From contig JAHRHZ010000047.1 in the NCBI GenBank assembly GCA_024137785.1, forward strand, positions 10,831,735 through 10,895,734: a stretch of 64,000 nucleotides of DNA. Direction: 5' to 3'. The DNA comes from Ginglymostoma cirratum. Taxonomy: Eukaryota. The notes under the pieces were generated by a model. It searched no databases, was not told the origin of the DNA, and was given only the letters and a program-made list of their open reading frames with translations. Position numbers and translations under genes: made by a program. Of the stretch, positions 13,029-25,169 are shown piece by piece (position 1 is the first letter of the stretch; every line of letters begins with the position of its first letter).

Positions 13029-14420
13029 CACAGAGTCACAGATATATACAGCACAGAAACAGACCCTCTGGTCCATGTCGACCAGATATCCTATATAAAT
13101 CTAGTCCCATTTGCCAGCATTTGGTCCACATCCCTCTAAACCCCTCCTATTCAGATACCCACCCAGATGCCTTTTAAATGTTGTAATTGTACCAGCCTCC
13201 ACCACTTCCTCTGGCAGCTCACTCCATATACACACAACCCTCCGCTTTAAAAAGATGCTCCTTAGGTCCCCTTTATATCTTTCCCTTCTCATCTTAAACC
13301 TATGCCCTCTAGTTTTGGATTCTCCCACTGCAGGGGCAAGACCTTGCCAATTGACCCTATCATGCCCCTCGAGATTTTATAAACCTCTATAAAGTCACCT
13401 CTTGGCCTACGACACTCCAGGGAAAACAGCCTCTCCCCATAACGCAAACCCTCCAACCCCAGCAACATCTTCATAAATCTTTTCTGAACCCTTTTTTGTT
13501 TCACAGCATCCTTCCGACAGCAGGGAGACCAGAACTGCAGGCAACACTCCAAAAGTGGCCTAACCAATATCCTGTACAGCTGCAACATCATCTCCCAACT
13601 CCTCTACTCAACGCACTGACCAATAAAGGAAAGCAAACCAAACACCACCTTCACTACGCTATCTACCTGAGACTCCGCTTTCAAGGAACTATGAACCTGC
13701 ACTCCAAGGTCTTTTTCTTCAGCAACACTCCCCAGGACCTTACCATTAAATGTATAAACCCTGCCCTGACTCACCTTTCCAAAATGCAGAACCTCATATT
13801 TATCTAAATTAAACTCCATCTGCCACTCCTCAGCCCAAAGGCCCATCTGATCAAGATCGCATTGTGCCCTGAGGCAACAAAGAACAAAGAAAATTACAGC
13901 ACAGGAACAGGCCCTTTGGCCCGTCAAGCCTGTGCCGATCCAGATCCTCTACCTAAACCTGTCGCCTATTTTCCAAGGATCTGTATCCCTCTGCTCCCTG
14001 CCCATTCATGTACCTGTCTAGATACATCTTAAATGACGCTACCATGCCCGCCTCTACCAATTCCGCTGGCAACGCGTTCCAGGCACCCACCACCCTCTGC
14101 GTAAAGAACTTTCCGCGCATATCTCCGTTAAACTTTTACCCTCTCACCTTGAAATCGTGACCCCAGTAATTGAGTCCCACACTCTGGGGAAAAAGCCTTT
14201 CTTGCTGTCCGCTACATCACCAATTTTGGTGTTATCTGCAAACTTACTAACCACATCCAAATTATTTATATGAACGACAAAAAGCAGTGGACCCAGCACC
14301 ACTGGTCACAGGCCTCCAGTCTGGAAAGCAACCCTGCACCACCACCCTCTGTCTTCTACCTTTGAGCCAGTTCTGTATTCAAATGGCTAGTTCTCCCTGT
14401 ATTCTGTGTAATCTTATGTT
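13029..14420 (-). mobile_element. CR1-clade LINE fragment hosting a nested insertion
   Basis: Minus-strand ORFs read WAEEWQMEFNLDK, LVRPLLECCLQFWSP and TRGHRFK. The RT portion resumes after about 14198. Confidence 0.92.
13877..14197 (-). mobile_element. Nested CR1 3'-end fragment of a different subfamily
   Basis: Interrupts the host CR1 between ...GAGGCAAC and CTTTCTTGCTGTCC...; carries its own 3' tail (plus strand AACAAAGAACAAAGAAAATTACAGCAC). Confidence 0.8.
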
Positions 14421-14584
14421 GGCGCGGTTTCCAAATACAGATTCTCCAATAATACAAGGCATACACTTTTTTTGGGAATAGTCAGTTGTCTTCCGACCTA
14501 CAAAATGATTTACACCGATGCGTGCTGTCAAAGGTGTCCGCATCCTACCTGCAGTTTAAAGGTGTGCATCCTATTGCCAGTGTA

Positions 14585-14812
14585 ACAAAAACAGAAATTG
14601 CTGGTGGAACTCAGTAAGGATGGGAGCATCCATAGGGTGAAAGCAAGGTTAATTTTCCCAAGTCCAGTGATCCTCCTTCAGGGCGGTTCTGATAAAAAGT
14701 CACCAGACTCGATACATTAACTAGCTTTCTGCCCACAGATGCTGCCAGACCTGTGAGTTTTGTCAGCAATTTATGTTTTTTTTTAAGATCTCCTGCATTT
14801 ACAGTTCTTTTA
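14585..14812. mobile_element. Fold-back Penelope-like short element with two head-to-head cores
   Basis: Inverted arms ACAGAAATTGCTGG.. and ..CAGATGCTGCCAGACCTG, with central inverted CTGAAGG../CTGATAA.. motifs. Confidence 0.7.
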
Positions 14813-15037
14813 TTACACTGTCAGCATACCTTGTCATTGCTTTAAAATTTGTCTTGGGTTTTCCAATCATCTAGTACAATGCCCAATCCCAGAAGCCAAT
14901 ATAAACCAGACACAAAGAACTGAGACCCAATATGTGCCACACACCAAGCATAGGATTAGAGAAGAATGTGGATGTTCAGACAAAGAAACTCCAGTGGGAT
15001 ACAGTTTAAACCCAAAGAGTTTCAAAAAAATACTTAC

Positions 15038-15082
15038 ATGGGAATTCAGAGTGACTTGATGAAGATTTACTGGTCTTCATTG
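15038..15082 (-). CDS. CHD2: CHD2 exon 11, 45-nt small exon (A)MKTSKSSSSHSEFP
   Basis: TTTATTTCTCTCCAG| acceptor and CAT|GTAAGT donor, phase 1-1. Resembles the CHD2-specific insert (human AVKTSKSTLGQTDFP, recalled). Not present in the ORF track. Confidence 0.92.
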
Positions 15083-15721
15083 CTGGAGAGAAATAAATCT
15101 TTGTTCAGTACAGGGTGACTCAATATACTTACAAGTTTCATTGAACAGACATGCAAATTAATTCAGAAATCTTGAATAGGATTGTAACACAGGTGTACAC
15201 GACTGAGAATTGTTTGATTAAAATGTTTTTCAAACCCATGCAATATTCTTGGATAAGAAATGATTTGGAATAAATAATTATGATTTGTTCTTGTCATAAA
15301 TTATTTTTACATGGAGAAATACACAGACAGCAAGAAAGTTGGCCATTTCGAAAACAAACAATCATATAAACGCTTTTGACAACAGTCATGACCCAACTCT
15401 TTCTGAGTCCAGTGACCAAGAGCTTGAAGTTCTATGAAAAAAACAGGGCTCATGTGGCCCAGTGTTAATGTCTCTACCTTTGAGCCAACCTCAAGTCCCA
15501 CCGGTTCTAGAGATCTGAATAGGTTAATTAGAAAATATCTAAAACAGCTGCTTTATTTATCCAATGGGGGAAGAAGCTATTTAAAAAAGCTTTGAAAAAA
15601 TAGCAAAGATTTACAATAAAGGGGTTGTTGCTCCAGCCCACACACTATATTACACTACCAGTAATTTCAGCAATTCAGACATCTGCACAAACTGGAGAAG
15701 CTGGAACTATTCTTCAAGCAG

Positions 15722-15900
15722 AGCAAGTTAGGTGGATTGGCAATGCTGAATCACCCCACAGTGTACAGGCTAGGTAGATTAGCCATGGGAAATGCGGGTT
15801 ATAGGTATAGGGCAGGGGTTGGGTCTGGGTGGAATGCTCTTCAGAGGGTTGGTGCAAAGGGCTGAACAGATCCTTTCTGCACTGCAGCAATTGTATGCTA
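15722..15900 (+). mobile_element. HE1-like SINE 3' half
   Basis: GTTAGGTGGATTGGC..TTAGCCATGGGAAATG matches the other copies. Confidence 0.75.
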
Positions 15901-16640
15901 CTATGAGAAACAAATCTAATGGCTACTTTCAAAGGGAACTATGAAAATACTTAAAAGGGTTTACAAAAGCTTACATGGCCATGGAGTAAAACACAGTAAT
16001 TGGACGTTATTGGATAGCTCTTGTAAAAAGACAGCACATATGCGGCGGGCCAAACGGCCTTGCTGTTTATGCTGTGAGACTGACAGTATTGCAGTTAAGA
16101 TGGAGGTTTAAAACAGCAGATTAATCTGTACTTTATTGCTTACAGATGTCCGAAAATCTGTTGCACGTAACAATATACATATAACGCAAGACAAATCAAC
16201 TCATTTACAGACACGTTGCTCAAAGGAGACTACAAGTTGAAGGTTTTAATCTTGCACTCATCAGAAGTAGGATGCATGAAACAGGCTTGAGAAAACAGAC
16301 ACCATTTTATATGGCACAAGAAGTCTGCCACCAAGTCTGTCTCATGTGTCCTAGTTCTGACGAGTGCAAGTTCAAAAGCTTCAATTTGTAGTCTCCTTTT
16401 AACAAAGTTACATTCCGCGCTACCAAACATCTATTTGGAAACAGCTGTATATATTTTTGGTTTGGTTACGTTTTAAATAAATATTTTGTAAGTAGCACAA
16501 ACTTGCAGTATACTGTTGGCTACAATGCTAAAGCACTTTGCTATTTTGTCTGGAATTTCAGTTAAGTCTTGCTCGACAACTGAGAGCAAGAGGGTGAGCA
16601 AATATCACTGCGCATTGTGGCTTAGAAATGTGCAGTTTGG

Positions 16641-16715
16641 CACAGATTACACTGGGAGAAAATGGGGGTTTGGCAGCTGTAGACAAACCCCCATTTTCTC
16701 CCAGTGTAATCCGTG
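16641..16715. repeat. Perfect 28-bp inverted repeat (hairpin) in intron 10
   Basis: 16645-16672 is the exact reverse complement of 16684-16711, with an 11-nt loop. Confidence 0.95.
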
Positions 16716-17706
16716 GATCCATTTTTGCTGACATAGGGAGGCAACGGGAGAGGATGAGATGAGAAAAAAATGACCCACTATAAAATATTTGAGAAGAATT
16801 TCCCCAAGTCTATGCGGCGCAGCCTCAACAGAAAATTAATATTAAAACAGTCTAAACTCAGTTATATTCCCAAGGCTCTCTGTGCAATCGGCTTCCCCAA
16901 AATTTGAAAGGAGCAACTTAATGAACCAGTTTTCTGGAATTAAATATAACATACCGAACACCAATATACACAAATAATCAACAACTATTGCATCGTGAAG
17001 AAAACTAACTTGGAGCTGGGATCCTTGCCTGCCCTCACTTTTCTTCTAAAAGCAATTAATGCATGTTGGGTTCATACCCTTAAGCATATATTCCCTCTGG
17101 GAAACATACTAAATTCCTCACACAAGGGAGAGCACGGAGGAGCTGACTACGGAGTCATCCCAACTAAATTCAACTCATCCTCTCCCTAATACAGATCAAT
17201 GAATGGATGGTGACAGCAAGGGCCAAACATGGCTTCTTCTTTAACCGTTTGTGACCCAGGATACTGAGGCCAGTAGAGAGATTCCTACCACAACTCCAGG
17301 AATGGATTCTAGAACTTTGCATTCTGCACTGTTGCTCCACTTAATAAATTACCAAGCAAGTTAATACCAGTCTCTTATTCATTGGCTCCTCCTCGTCTTC
17401 ATGAAATTTTCATTTGCAGTTTGACAGATTAATAAATGGTGAAATCCAGGCCCTGATTGCATCTCCACAGAACAGCTTGCTTGGTGAATTTAAAACCCAA
17501 AACAGACTGTTTCCTTTAATGCAAAAGATTAAAAATCCAGATTATTTTAATACCACTTCTTTTTCTGACATTTATTGAAAGGTTAAGATGCACAAACTCT
17601 GCATTATTGTACTCTTCCTTCAAATTTACTTTGCCTGTAGATTATTGAAAGGAAAAAATGTGAAGAGTCTAATTATTCTTTCTGATATTCCCCGCTCATT
17701 CCTTAC

Positions 17707-17807
17707 CAATCACCCTCTCTACAATCTGGTATTGCTTATTGAGGTCGAAAGCCATTTCTTGCTGACAGTTGTAGTACTCTATATCTTCTGGGGATGCTTT
17801 GGTCAGC
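17707..17807 (-). CDS. CHD2: CHD2 exon 10, [33 protein letters not shown]
   Basis: 101 nt, TTTCAG| acceptor, TTG|GTAAGG donor. Confidence 0.96.
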
Positions 17808-19582
17808 CTGAAATTGAGAACACAGAATAAATAACAGCCAATGACCAGGTGTAATAGGATCACTAGCGAAAGGACACTGCTTTGATGCAAAGCCTTTTTG
17901 ATGCAACCTTGATTGTTTATCTCTTATTTCATTCATTGGTCAGTGGAATCTGATCCAATACAGAGAACAGACACTGTATACAGACATTCCAAGTTAATTT
18001 GTCAACGCAAAACAGTTCCTGTTCTGTGCATCCACTTTATTTACACTTACACAAAATGCCTGTCATGAAGATTTATTATTTTAGGACTTGAGTACTGAAA
18101 GGTTGTGGAAAAATTGATTTATTTTAATGTTCTGTGGATACCTGGACCATTTTCTTTTAAAAATAGGAAGGTTACTTTGAACACTGGAACATTTGTTTTT
18201 AAAGATGGTAAACACATTTCTTGGTCCACATGGTTTCAGTTAATTGTCTGATTTGCTTGCTGGAGATCACCTCCCTGGGTTTAATGACTGCCAGAGAGCT
18301 CATGACCAACTTGAAGAAAAGAAACTTCCTAGCTCACCTCTCCTGTTTGTGAAAATAAAACACTGATTCAGCTGCCCTCCTGAAAAGCCTGAGGTAGCTC
18401 ATCTCAATAGTTCCTGAATAGCTCATATGTAAAGCTCCCAGAGACAACTGTGTATAGTGACCTGTCCTCTCAGAGGGGAAAATGCCAGATTAACACCCAT
18501 CTGAACACTCCATACCGCACCCCTCTTGCCTTCAATTGATAATAATTATTGGCCAAAGGTATTTTTACCCCCTCACCAAAGTCAATTTCTATACAAAACT
18601 CTTGTGTTCCTTTACGTGGTATGCACATGCATGTGTGTTGGGCAATTTAGAGAGGTTAATGCTTACATTTTCATGTCATCAACTGTGTAAGGGTATTAAG
18701 CAATTTGGCAACTTCATTGAAATAATAAATCAATACATTTGCCTTTATTAAAGAAACCAGGTTGAAGGATCTTTTTAATCTAAGCCTCATATAGATAACT
18801 GCATAATCGGCTGCACAGGTTTTTGGGTAAAACTTTTAAACTGATGTTGTCACAAGTGGAGTAATGGAACTAAGCAGGGGAGGGAGACAGGGGCATGGGA
18901 AGAGGAGGTGGGGAGGGGGTGTGGGAGAAGAGACAAAATATTCTTCAAACCCGAGTCATAACATGTTATAGACAAACCTTTCAGCTGAAATAAAAGCACA
19001 GTACAGCAGATGCTAGAAATCTGAAACAAACATCGAACATGTTGGAGAAACTCAGCAGATCTGGCAGCATCTATGGACGAAAAACAAAGTTAATGTTTCG
19101 ATTCTGTTATGACTTTTCTTCAAAACTTCACAGATGCTGCCAGACCTTCTGAGGCACTCCTGCAATTTCTACGTGTGTTCCTTTCAGCTGAAAGGCTATT
19201 AATTGCCAAGAATATGTAAATAGACAAATGGTCACGAACTACACCACGAATAACAGTTTCTGCTTTAATGACTAAACAGCAACCTGGATCTTAGCTGTTG
19301 GTCTTTAACCAAATAGAAACTAACTGCCACTGAAGCACGAATTAACGAGATCTCAGTATTACTGCTGCTTTCTGATGTCAGTAAAGAAAAAACAGTAACA
19401 AGCCCATGGAATTTCATACAAGGCCCATCCCATTCTTAAAGGAGATTTACTGCAGTTGCAGATGGTGTCCTTCTAAAAATCTAGCTGCATCTTTGGAATG
19501 CCTTTCATGATCTGCATTGCACAGTTAAGCTGGACTCTCAGCTACGACAATTTCCATTCATCAATGGTGACATAATTTGGGA

Positions 19583-19900
19583 TGGCACAGTGGCTAGCAC
19601 TGCTACCTCGGCATCAGGGACCCAGGTTCGATTCCACCCTCAGGCGACATGTCTCTGTGCACATTTGCTCTGTGTCTCCACGATTTCCTTGCACAGTCCA
19701 AAAAATGTACAGGTTAGGTGGATTGACCGTGGTAACTTACCCATAAGGTCCAGAGATGCGGAGGCTGGACGGATTAGCCATGGAAATTGCAGGGTTACAG
19801 GGAAGGGTAGGGGATCAGGTCTGGGTGGGATGCTCTTTGAAGGGTCAGTGTGGACTTGATGGGTCAAATAGCCTGCTTCTGCACTGTAGAGATTCTATGA
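19583..19900 (+). mobile_element. HE1-like tRNA-derived SINE
   Basis: A-box-like GTGGCTAGCACTG, B-box GGTTCGATTCC, core GGTTAGGTGGATTG, and a CR1-like tail. Confidence 0.85.
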
Positions 19901-20105
19901 TTTACAGTGGGCCTGAAACAGCAAAGCACATTCAGCCAGTGCAGCAACAATTCCAAAACTCCATTTGGCTTCAAATGCGTGTGTCAGTTATTTGACACTC
20001 ATCGGAGTTTGCACATCCTCAGATGTAAGCTAATCTATTCTGATGAGGTTCCACTAAAACCAGTTCTACCACAGGTGGGGTTTAATAAGAGAGCCATATA
20101 ATTAC

Positions 20106-20331
20106 CACTGGTTTACTTCTTCCTCCTTTTTGATAAAGTTCTCTAATTTCTTCATTCCTTTCACTTTCTGCTGTCTCAATGACTCTTCACTCTCCCAGGT
20201 GTTATGGATGTACGACCAGCCTTTCCACTTGATGAGATATTGCACTTCCTTCTCATCCTTCTCTGGATCAAAGTCTGCCCCTGGATTTCCGTCAGCCTCT
20301 ACTGCATAGACGGTAGTTGGGGCTCCAACGA
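20106..20331 (-). CDS. CHD2: CHD2 exon 9, chromodomain 1 ([20 protein letters not shown])
   Basis: 226 nt, CTTTGCAG| acceptor, TG|GTAATT donor; lies within ORF 20102..20398. Confidence 0.97.
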
Positions 20332-20961
20332 CTGCAAAGTGGGAAGGGGGTAGAAGTGGAGGAAAACGAACGCAGTAAAATGATTCAAAAATCACCATCT
20401 ACCCAAAAATGTTCAATTCCTGAATAGCTCATATATAAAGCTCCCAGAGACAGACCCATGTGGTGGTGGTGGTGATGGGTCATGGTGTCAAGTGATTGAA
20501 AACAGGAGGGGCTGAGCAAGACAGAGCCACACAAACTGAATTGTCTGCCTAACTTTGGCCTAAGTAATACTAGGAATTGTATAAAAGCAGTATAATTTAC
20601 CACGCATACCAAGTCAATATTTGAATGTAACTCTTTACTGTTACTGATTTCCCATGCAAACTGGCAACCTGTCTTTCCATTGCCTGTTATTTATTTCCAT
20701 AATTTTCAAATTTCTAGCAGAAATGTTCTATGTATCTCCCACTCTGGTGAAACATAAATCCTACTTTCACATTGAAGAGATCTTAGTAAATTAGCAGTTC
20801 TAATCCAAAGCTCCTACACACCTGAAATAGCCAGAAGTGAAACCTATCATTCAAGAATATTTTCAATTCGAAGCCAGAGCAGGCCTATTGCCAGGTCCTT
20901 TAGAGAACAGGAAAGGATGCACCATTCTCTACGTTAAATGAAGAGTCTGCATTCATCTTAC

Positions 20962-21095
20962 CTCCTTTTTTCCAAATCCGGGAGTCAATCACTTTCTCAA
21001 TGGTTTCACTGTCATCATTCTCCTCTCGTGCTGGTTCGCCTGTAACTTCGATGAGATCATCTGAATCAGTCTCAAAATCATCATCTTCTTTATAA
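20962..21095 (-). CDS. CHD2: CHD2 exon 8, [17 protein letters not shown]...[15 protein letters not shown]
   Basis: 134 nt, GTTTTCAG| acceptor, GAG|GTAAGA donor; start of chromodomain 1. Confidence 0.96.
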
Positions 21096-22211
21096 CTGAA
21101 AACACAATGACAGTCAGATTATAAAAAGCCAACATCCACTACCCTGGGGACTGCAATTAAATCCTTTCTAAGCTCAGAAAAGGGTTGCTGCACAGTTCCC
21201 ACGATTATTGATCCTCATCTCTCACTTCAGGAAGTGGTGAGGGCAGCAGAGTAATCATTGTTATTCTCAAATAGCATGGTGAATTAAATGCTTAGAAACA
21301 TGATGGTAGGGACTGAATTAGAGGGCTAACAACTGTCCAGGCACAAATCTCGAGAAGCAGTAAGGTGAGATGTATCAGTAAGGTACATTCAAGACAAAGC
21401 ATTAAGTGCCCCCAAAATGACAAAGACCCTTTAGGTTCAGACCTGGCGTTCACTAGGAATAAAATGAATGTAGTGTTGCATCATTTAAATAAATTGCTCA
21501 CTATGCTTGAGCTTTGTAAACTTAAAAAAGTTCTTCCTGTATTTCTTTTCCTAACTTTTCTCCCTCAAAGGTCGATGGATGCAGTTCTACCAGGTGTAGT
21601 GGCCATTTAGTGCTATATCTGTTCAGACAATTCCTAGTTTTTATCTATTCCAGACATAGAATGAGTCTGTAACTGACCAGTTTCAACCCAATCCCAACCA
21701 AAAAAAAATTAAAACAGCAAGCATGAAATGGCACAGGTAAGGTATATTCAGAATACTGGATACGAATAAAGAGCTACATATATATGAGAAAAACCACAAG
21801 AGCTACCTTCTGACACTAATTAGTCAAAATGATCTGTCAGACAGGGCAGTGGAGTCCCCGGTTGCCAACTACAGTGGTACGACAGAGGAACGAATTTCAA
21901 ACAAGTGAATTGCACACACCAATGCAGCTAATCAACAGAACTGTACCAAGGCTACAGACTTCACAAGCGTGCAAGCACGGTTCACTGGGACACTTAGAAT
22001 CTGATTAAGGATTGTGCCATTGGGGTTTACCTGCCATTGACATTTCTCATTCTAAGCTCACTGATCAAAAAGAAAAATATACGCCCCATCAGCATCTCCA
22101 GTGAAGTCTGATTTAATCTCATTGACCCCTCACGATGACTTACTCAGTTCACAGTGAAACTTTCAAAGGTGACTGGAAGGACTTTCAGACTAAGTTACAG
22201 ACTCCACTAAC

Positions 22212-22346
22212 CTCACATTTTTAGTTACACATTTGCGGGTCTGGCGTTTGGGAGTGTCGTCATCATCATCATCGTCAGAAGAATCCCTTCTCCTTTTCTT
22301 TCCCCTCCGAGTCTTCTGCCTTTTACCTTGAGTCCTGGCTGGCAGT
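22212..22346 (-). CDS. CHD2: CHD2 exon 7, LPARTQGKRQKTRRGKKRRRDSSDDDDDDDTPKRQTRKCVTKNV
   Basis: 135 nt, TTTTCCTAG| acceptor, GAG|GTTAGT donor, basic NLS-like stretch and PKRQTR motif. Confidence 0.95.
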
Positions 22347-22489
22347 CTAGGAAAATTACAATCGTCAGTAGATGAAGAGATTCCTAAGCAATGAGTATTA
22401 CTAACACACAGTCTATTGCTAAGGTCGCCATGCTCTTCTTTCATTCACAGATCGTCCGAGGTCCCACGGTGGCGTTTCCTATTGGTCAA

Positions 22490-23945
22490 TTTGGGACCAG
22501 TGCCTTCTTGATGTACATTAATAATGTGGAGAAAAGTATTCAGGATGTAATTCCAAAAGCTGCAGGTGGCAAAATATGCAAGTGCAGCAACAAGTGAGAA
22601 GGCTAGCGACAGACTCCAGAGGTCTCACAGAGACCGCTGAAATGGCTAAACAAATGGCATAAGAAATTTAATGCAGAGAACTATCTTTAAGTTGTTCCTG
22701 GTAAACAGACTTCGCTGGCAAGGCCAACATCTCTAATTTTCCTTCAGGAGACAGTATAACACCTTCAAGTGCAGTGCTGAACACTTTGATTACAAGTATT
22801 AGGATGCTCAGGGAGGAGTTCTACGAATTGGACCCAGTGATAACAGAGAAACGACGATATAATTCCACACGAGTGCTTTGAAAGAGAACTTGCAGGTGGG
22901 GATGTGAAGCAATTCCCTTTAGCAAGAAGAATTGGTACATTATGCAGTGTACACTACAATAACAGGAACTACAAAAACAGAGAAAGCTGGGTGTACATTC
23001 CGAAGTCACTGAGGATGACTGTAGGTCAAATTGAAAAGATTGTTAAAAAGACATCAGAATCTTGAATTTTTTAAATAAAGCAAACTCTTTATTAAGCAGC
23101 ACCTATGGAAGCAGGAGTGTGCCGGATGATCAAATATTCCGGACATGCAAGGGGTTCACATAACCTGAGTAAACCCTGACCAAGCAAAGCTTTGAGACAT
23201 CAACATTCCTCAAAAGATCTATTTAAAATAATCAATACACTCCCTAAAATCAATGTGAAAATACACATTAAGAAACAGAAATGTAAGGGATGCAGTTACA
23301 GACGACACTATTGCACATGATTTACAGTATAAATACTTGAGAATTGCAGCACTTCAGTTTTATCATTTTTGCCAGTTCCTCAAGAGAGCCTGCTGATAAG
23401 ATGCAGGTAAGAACAAAGTTTGCTGTAGCAGTGCAAGAGTGCAAAGACAAACAGATTGCATCAAATTTCCAGTAAAGAAAAAACTGGCTGGGCCACAGTA
23501 TTAGGGCACATTTCAGAAAGGACATCAGGGCTTCAGAGGGAATGCAGAGATTTATTACCATGGTGTTAGAAGTGCAGGACTTTGTTACATGGATGAACTA
23601 ACAAAATTGGGGTTGCGTGCCTTCAAGCCCATGAAGTTACATGGTGGTTTAATACAGTTGTACAAAATTTTGTGGTTTGGTGAAGTGTGGAAAGAAACAC
23701 TAATAGGGGGGCTGAAGGTTTGGGTGACCAGAAGACTGAGGCTCTAAGGTGACTGGCCCCCAAAAAAAATAGGAACACAAAGGAGGGGGGGGGAAAAATG
23801 ATTTGTTATTATTTGGAAATGATGGATCCAACAGCAATCGTTAAAAGGGAACTAGGTAATAACTGGAAGAGAATTTGTGGGGCCATGCAGGAAGAACAGT
23901 GAAACTGTAATGAAATGGAATGTTCTTCCAAAGGGCTGGCACAGG
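22490..23945 (+). mobile_element. Highly degenerate, fragmented CR1 remnants
   Basis: Scattered CR1-like segments (AAATTTAATGCAGAGAA; GGAATGCAGAGATTTATTACC). Confidence 0.5.
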
Positions 23946-23973
23946 CCAGTTAAGATCTATACTTTTTCCCTAA

Positions 23974-24250
23974 TGGCACGGTGGCTCACTGGTTAGCATT
24001 GCTGCCTCACAACGCCAGAGTGCCAGGTTCGATCCCAATCGTCAGTAAACCATCTTTGTGGAGTTTGCACATTCTCCATGTCTGCGTGTGTTTCCTCCCA
24101 GTCCAAAGATGGGCAGGTTAGGTGCATTAGCCATGGTAAATCCAGGGTTACAGGGAATAAAGTTAGGGGGAGATGGGTCTGCGTCTGATGTTCTTTGGCA
24201 TGGACTCAATGGGCAGAATAGCCCGCTTCCACACTGTAGCGATTCTATGA
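23974..24250 (+). mobile_element. HE1-like SINE
   Basis: GGCACGGTGGCTCACTGGTTAGCATTGCTGCCTCAC..GGTTCGATCCC and TGGAGTTTGCACATTCTCC. Confidence 0.85.
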
Positions 24251-24774
24251 GTTACAATTAGAGATGATGGCCTTGACAGTGAAGACCACTTTCCAAGAAC
24301 AAACTGAGAACAAAGGTACTTCTCCGCATTGAAACTAATTTAACACGTTTTTAGGCATTTCATTGAGCAGCTTAATTCTGAGCTGAATCATGCTTTGTTT
24401 CTTAGTAACAGGGTGCAAGGGAACAAATGTGTGTGGATCAGTGGGAGTGCACAATACAATGAATCACAATCATTTGAAGAGGAAAGTAAATGTACAGACC
24501 ACAAACTTTTGACGATTTGTTTGAAAAATAAATCCAGGATCTGATCAGAGGAGGGCAATTACTTTTAATGACTTTAAAACCACTGGTTTTGCATTTAACA
24601 GCATACAGCAAAGCCTTCCAAGTTAACTGTCGGCAAAAAACAATCTGGAGGCGAGGAAAGTCTCCAATAATTATTTTCAAAGACAACAGAAATCTGAAAA
24701 AAACAGTTATGAACAGTGCAATGATGTACACTTGTCCTAACAGAATTCACAGCAACAAGCACAAAAGACACTGC

Positions 24775-24975
24775 AACAACAAAAACAGAAGTTGCTGGAA
24801 AATCTCAGCAGGTCTGGCAGCACCTGTGGAGAGAAATCTGAGAAAAATCCGTTCTAAGCATCACTCGACCTGAAACGTTAACTGATTTCTCTCCACAGAT
24901 ACTGCCAGATGTGCTGAGCTTTTCCAGCAATTTCTGTTTTTGTTTCTGATTTCCAGCATTCAGAGTTCTTTTGGT
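24775..24975. mobile_element. Fold-back Penelope-like short element
   Basis: About 60-bp inverted arms (24779-24838 and 24884-24943). Family members at 3605-3735, 6020-6210, 10560-10730, 14585-14812, 18990-19180 and a partial copy at 36700-36797. Confidence 0.75.
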
Positions 24976-25004
24976 TTTTACAAACGATACTGCCCCAAGC
25001 TCAC

Positions 25005-25169
25005 CTTCTGGTAACTGGTCGACGGGCTCTGACTTTTCTTTCAGGCTCACTTTCAGCGCTGCTAGCTACTTCTTCCTCCTCCTCATCTTCATCTTCCTCC
25101 TCCTCCTCCTCGTCTTCACCTTCTTTTTCCTCCTCCTCCTCTTCATTCTCAGATACTGCACTTTTCCAG
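25005..25169 (-). CDS. CHD2: CHD2 exon 6, WKSAVSE-(acidic tract)-VASSAESEPERKVRARRPVTR
   Basis: 165 nt, TCTCTGTCAG| acceptor, AAG|GTGAGC donor, contains SAESEPE..ARRPV motif. Confidence 0.93.
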
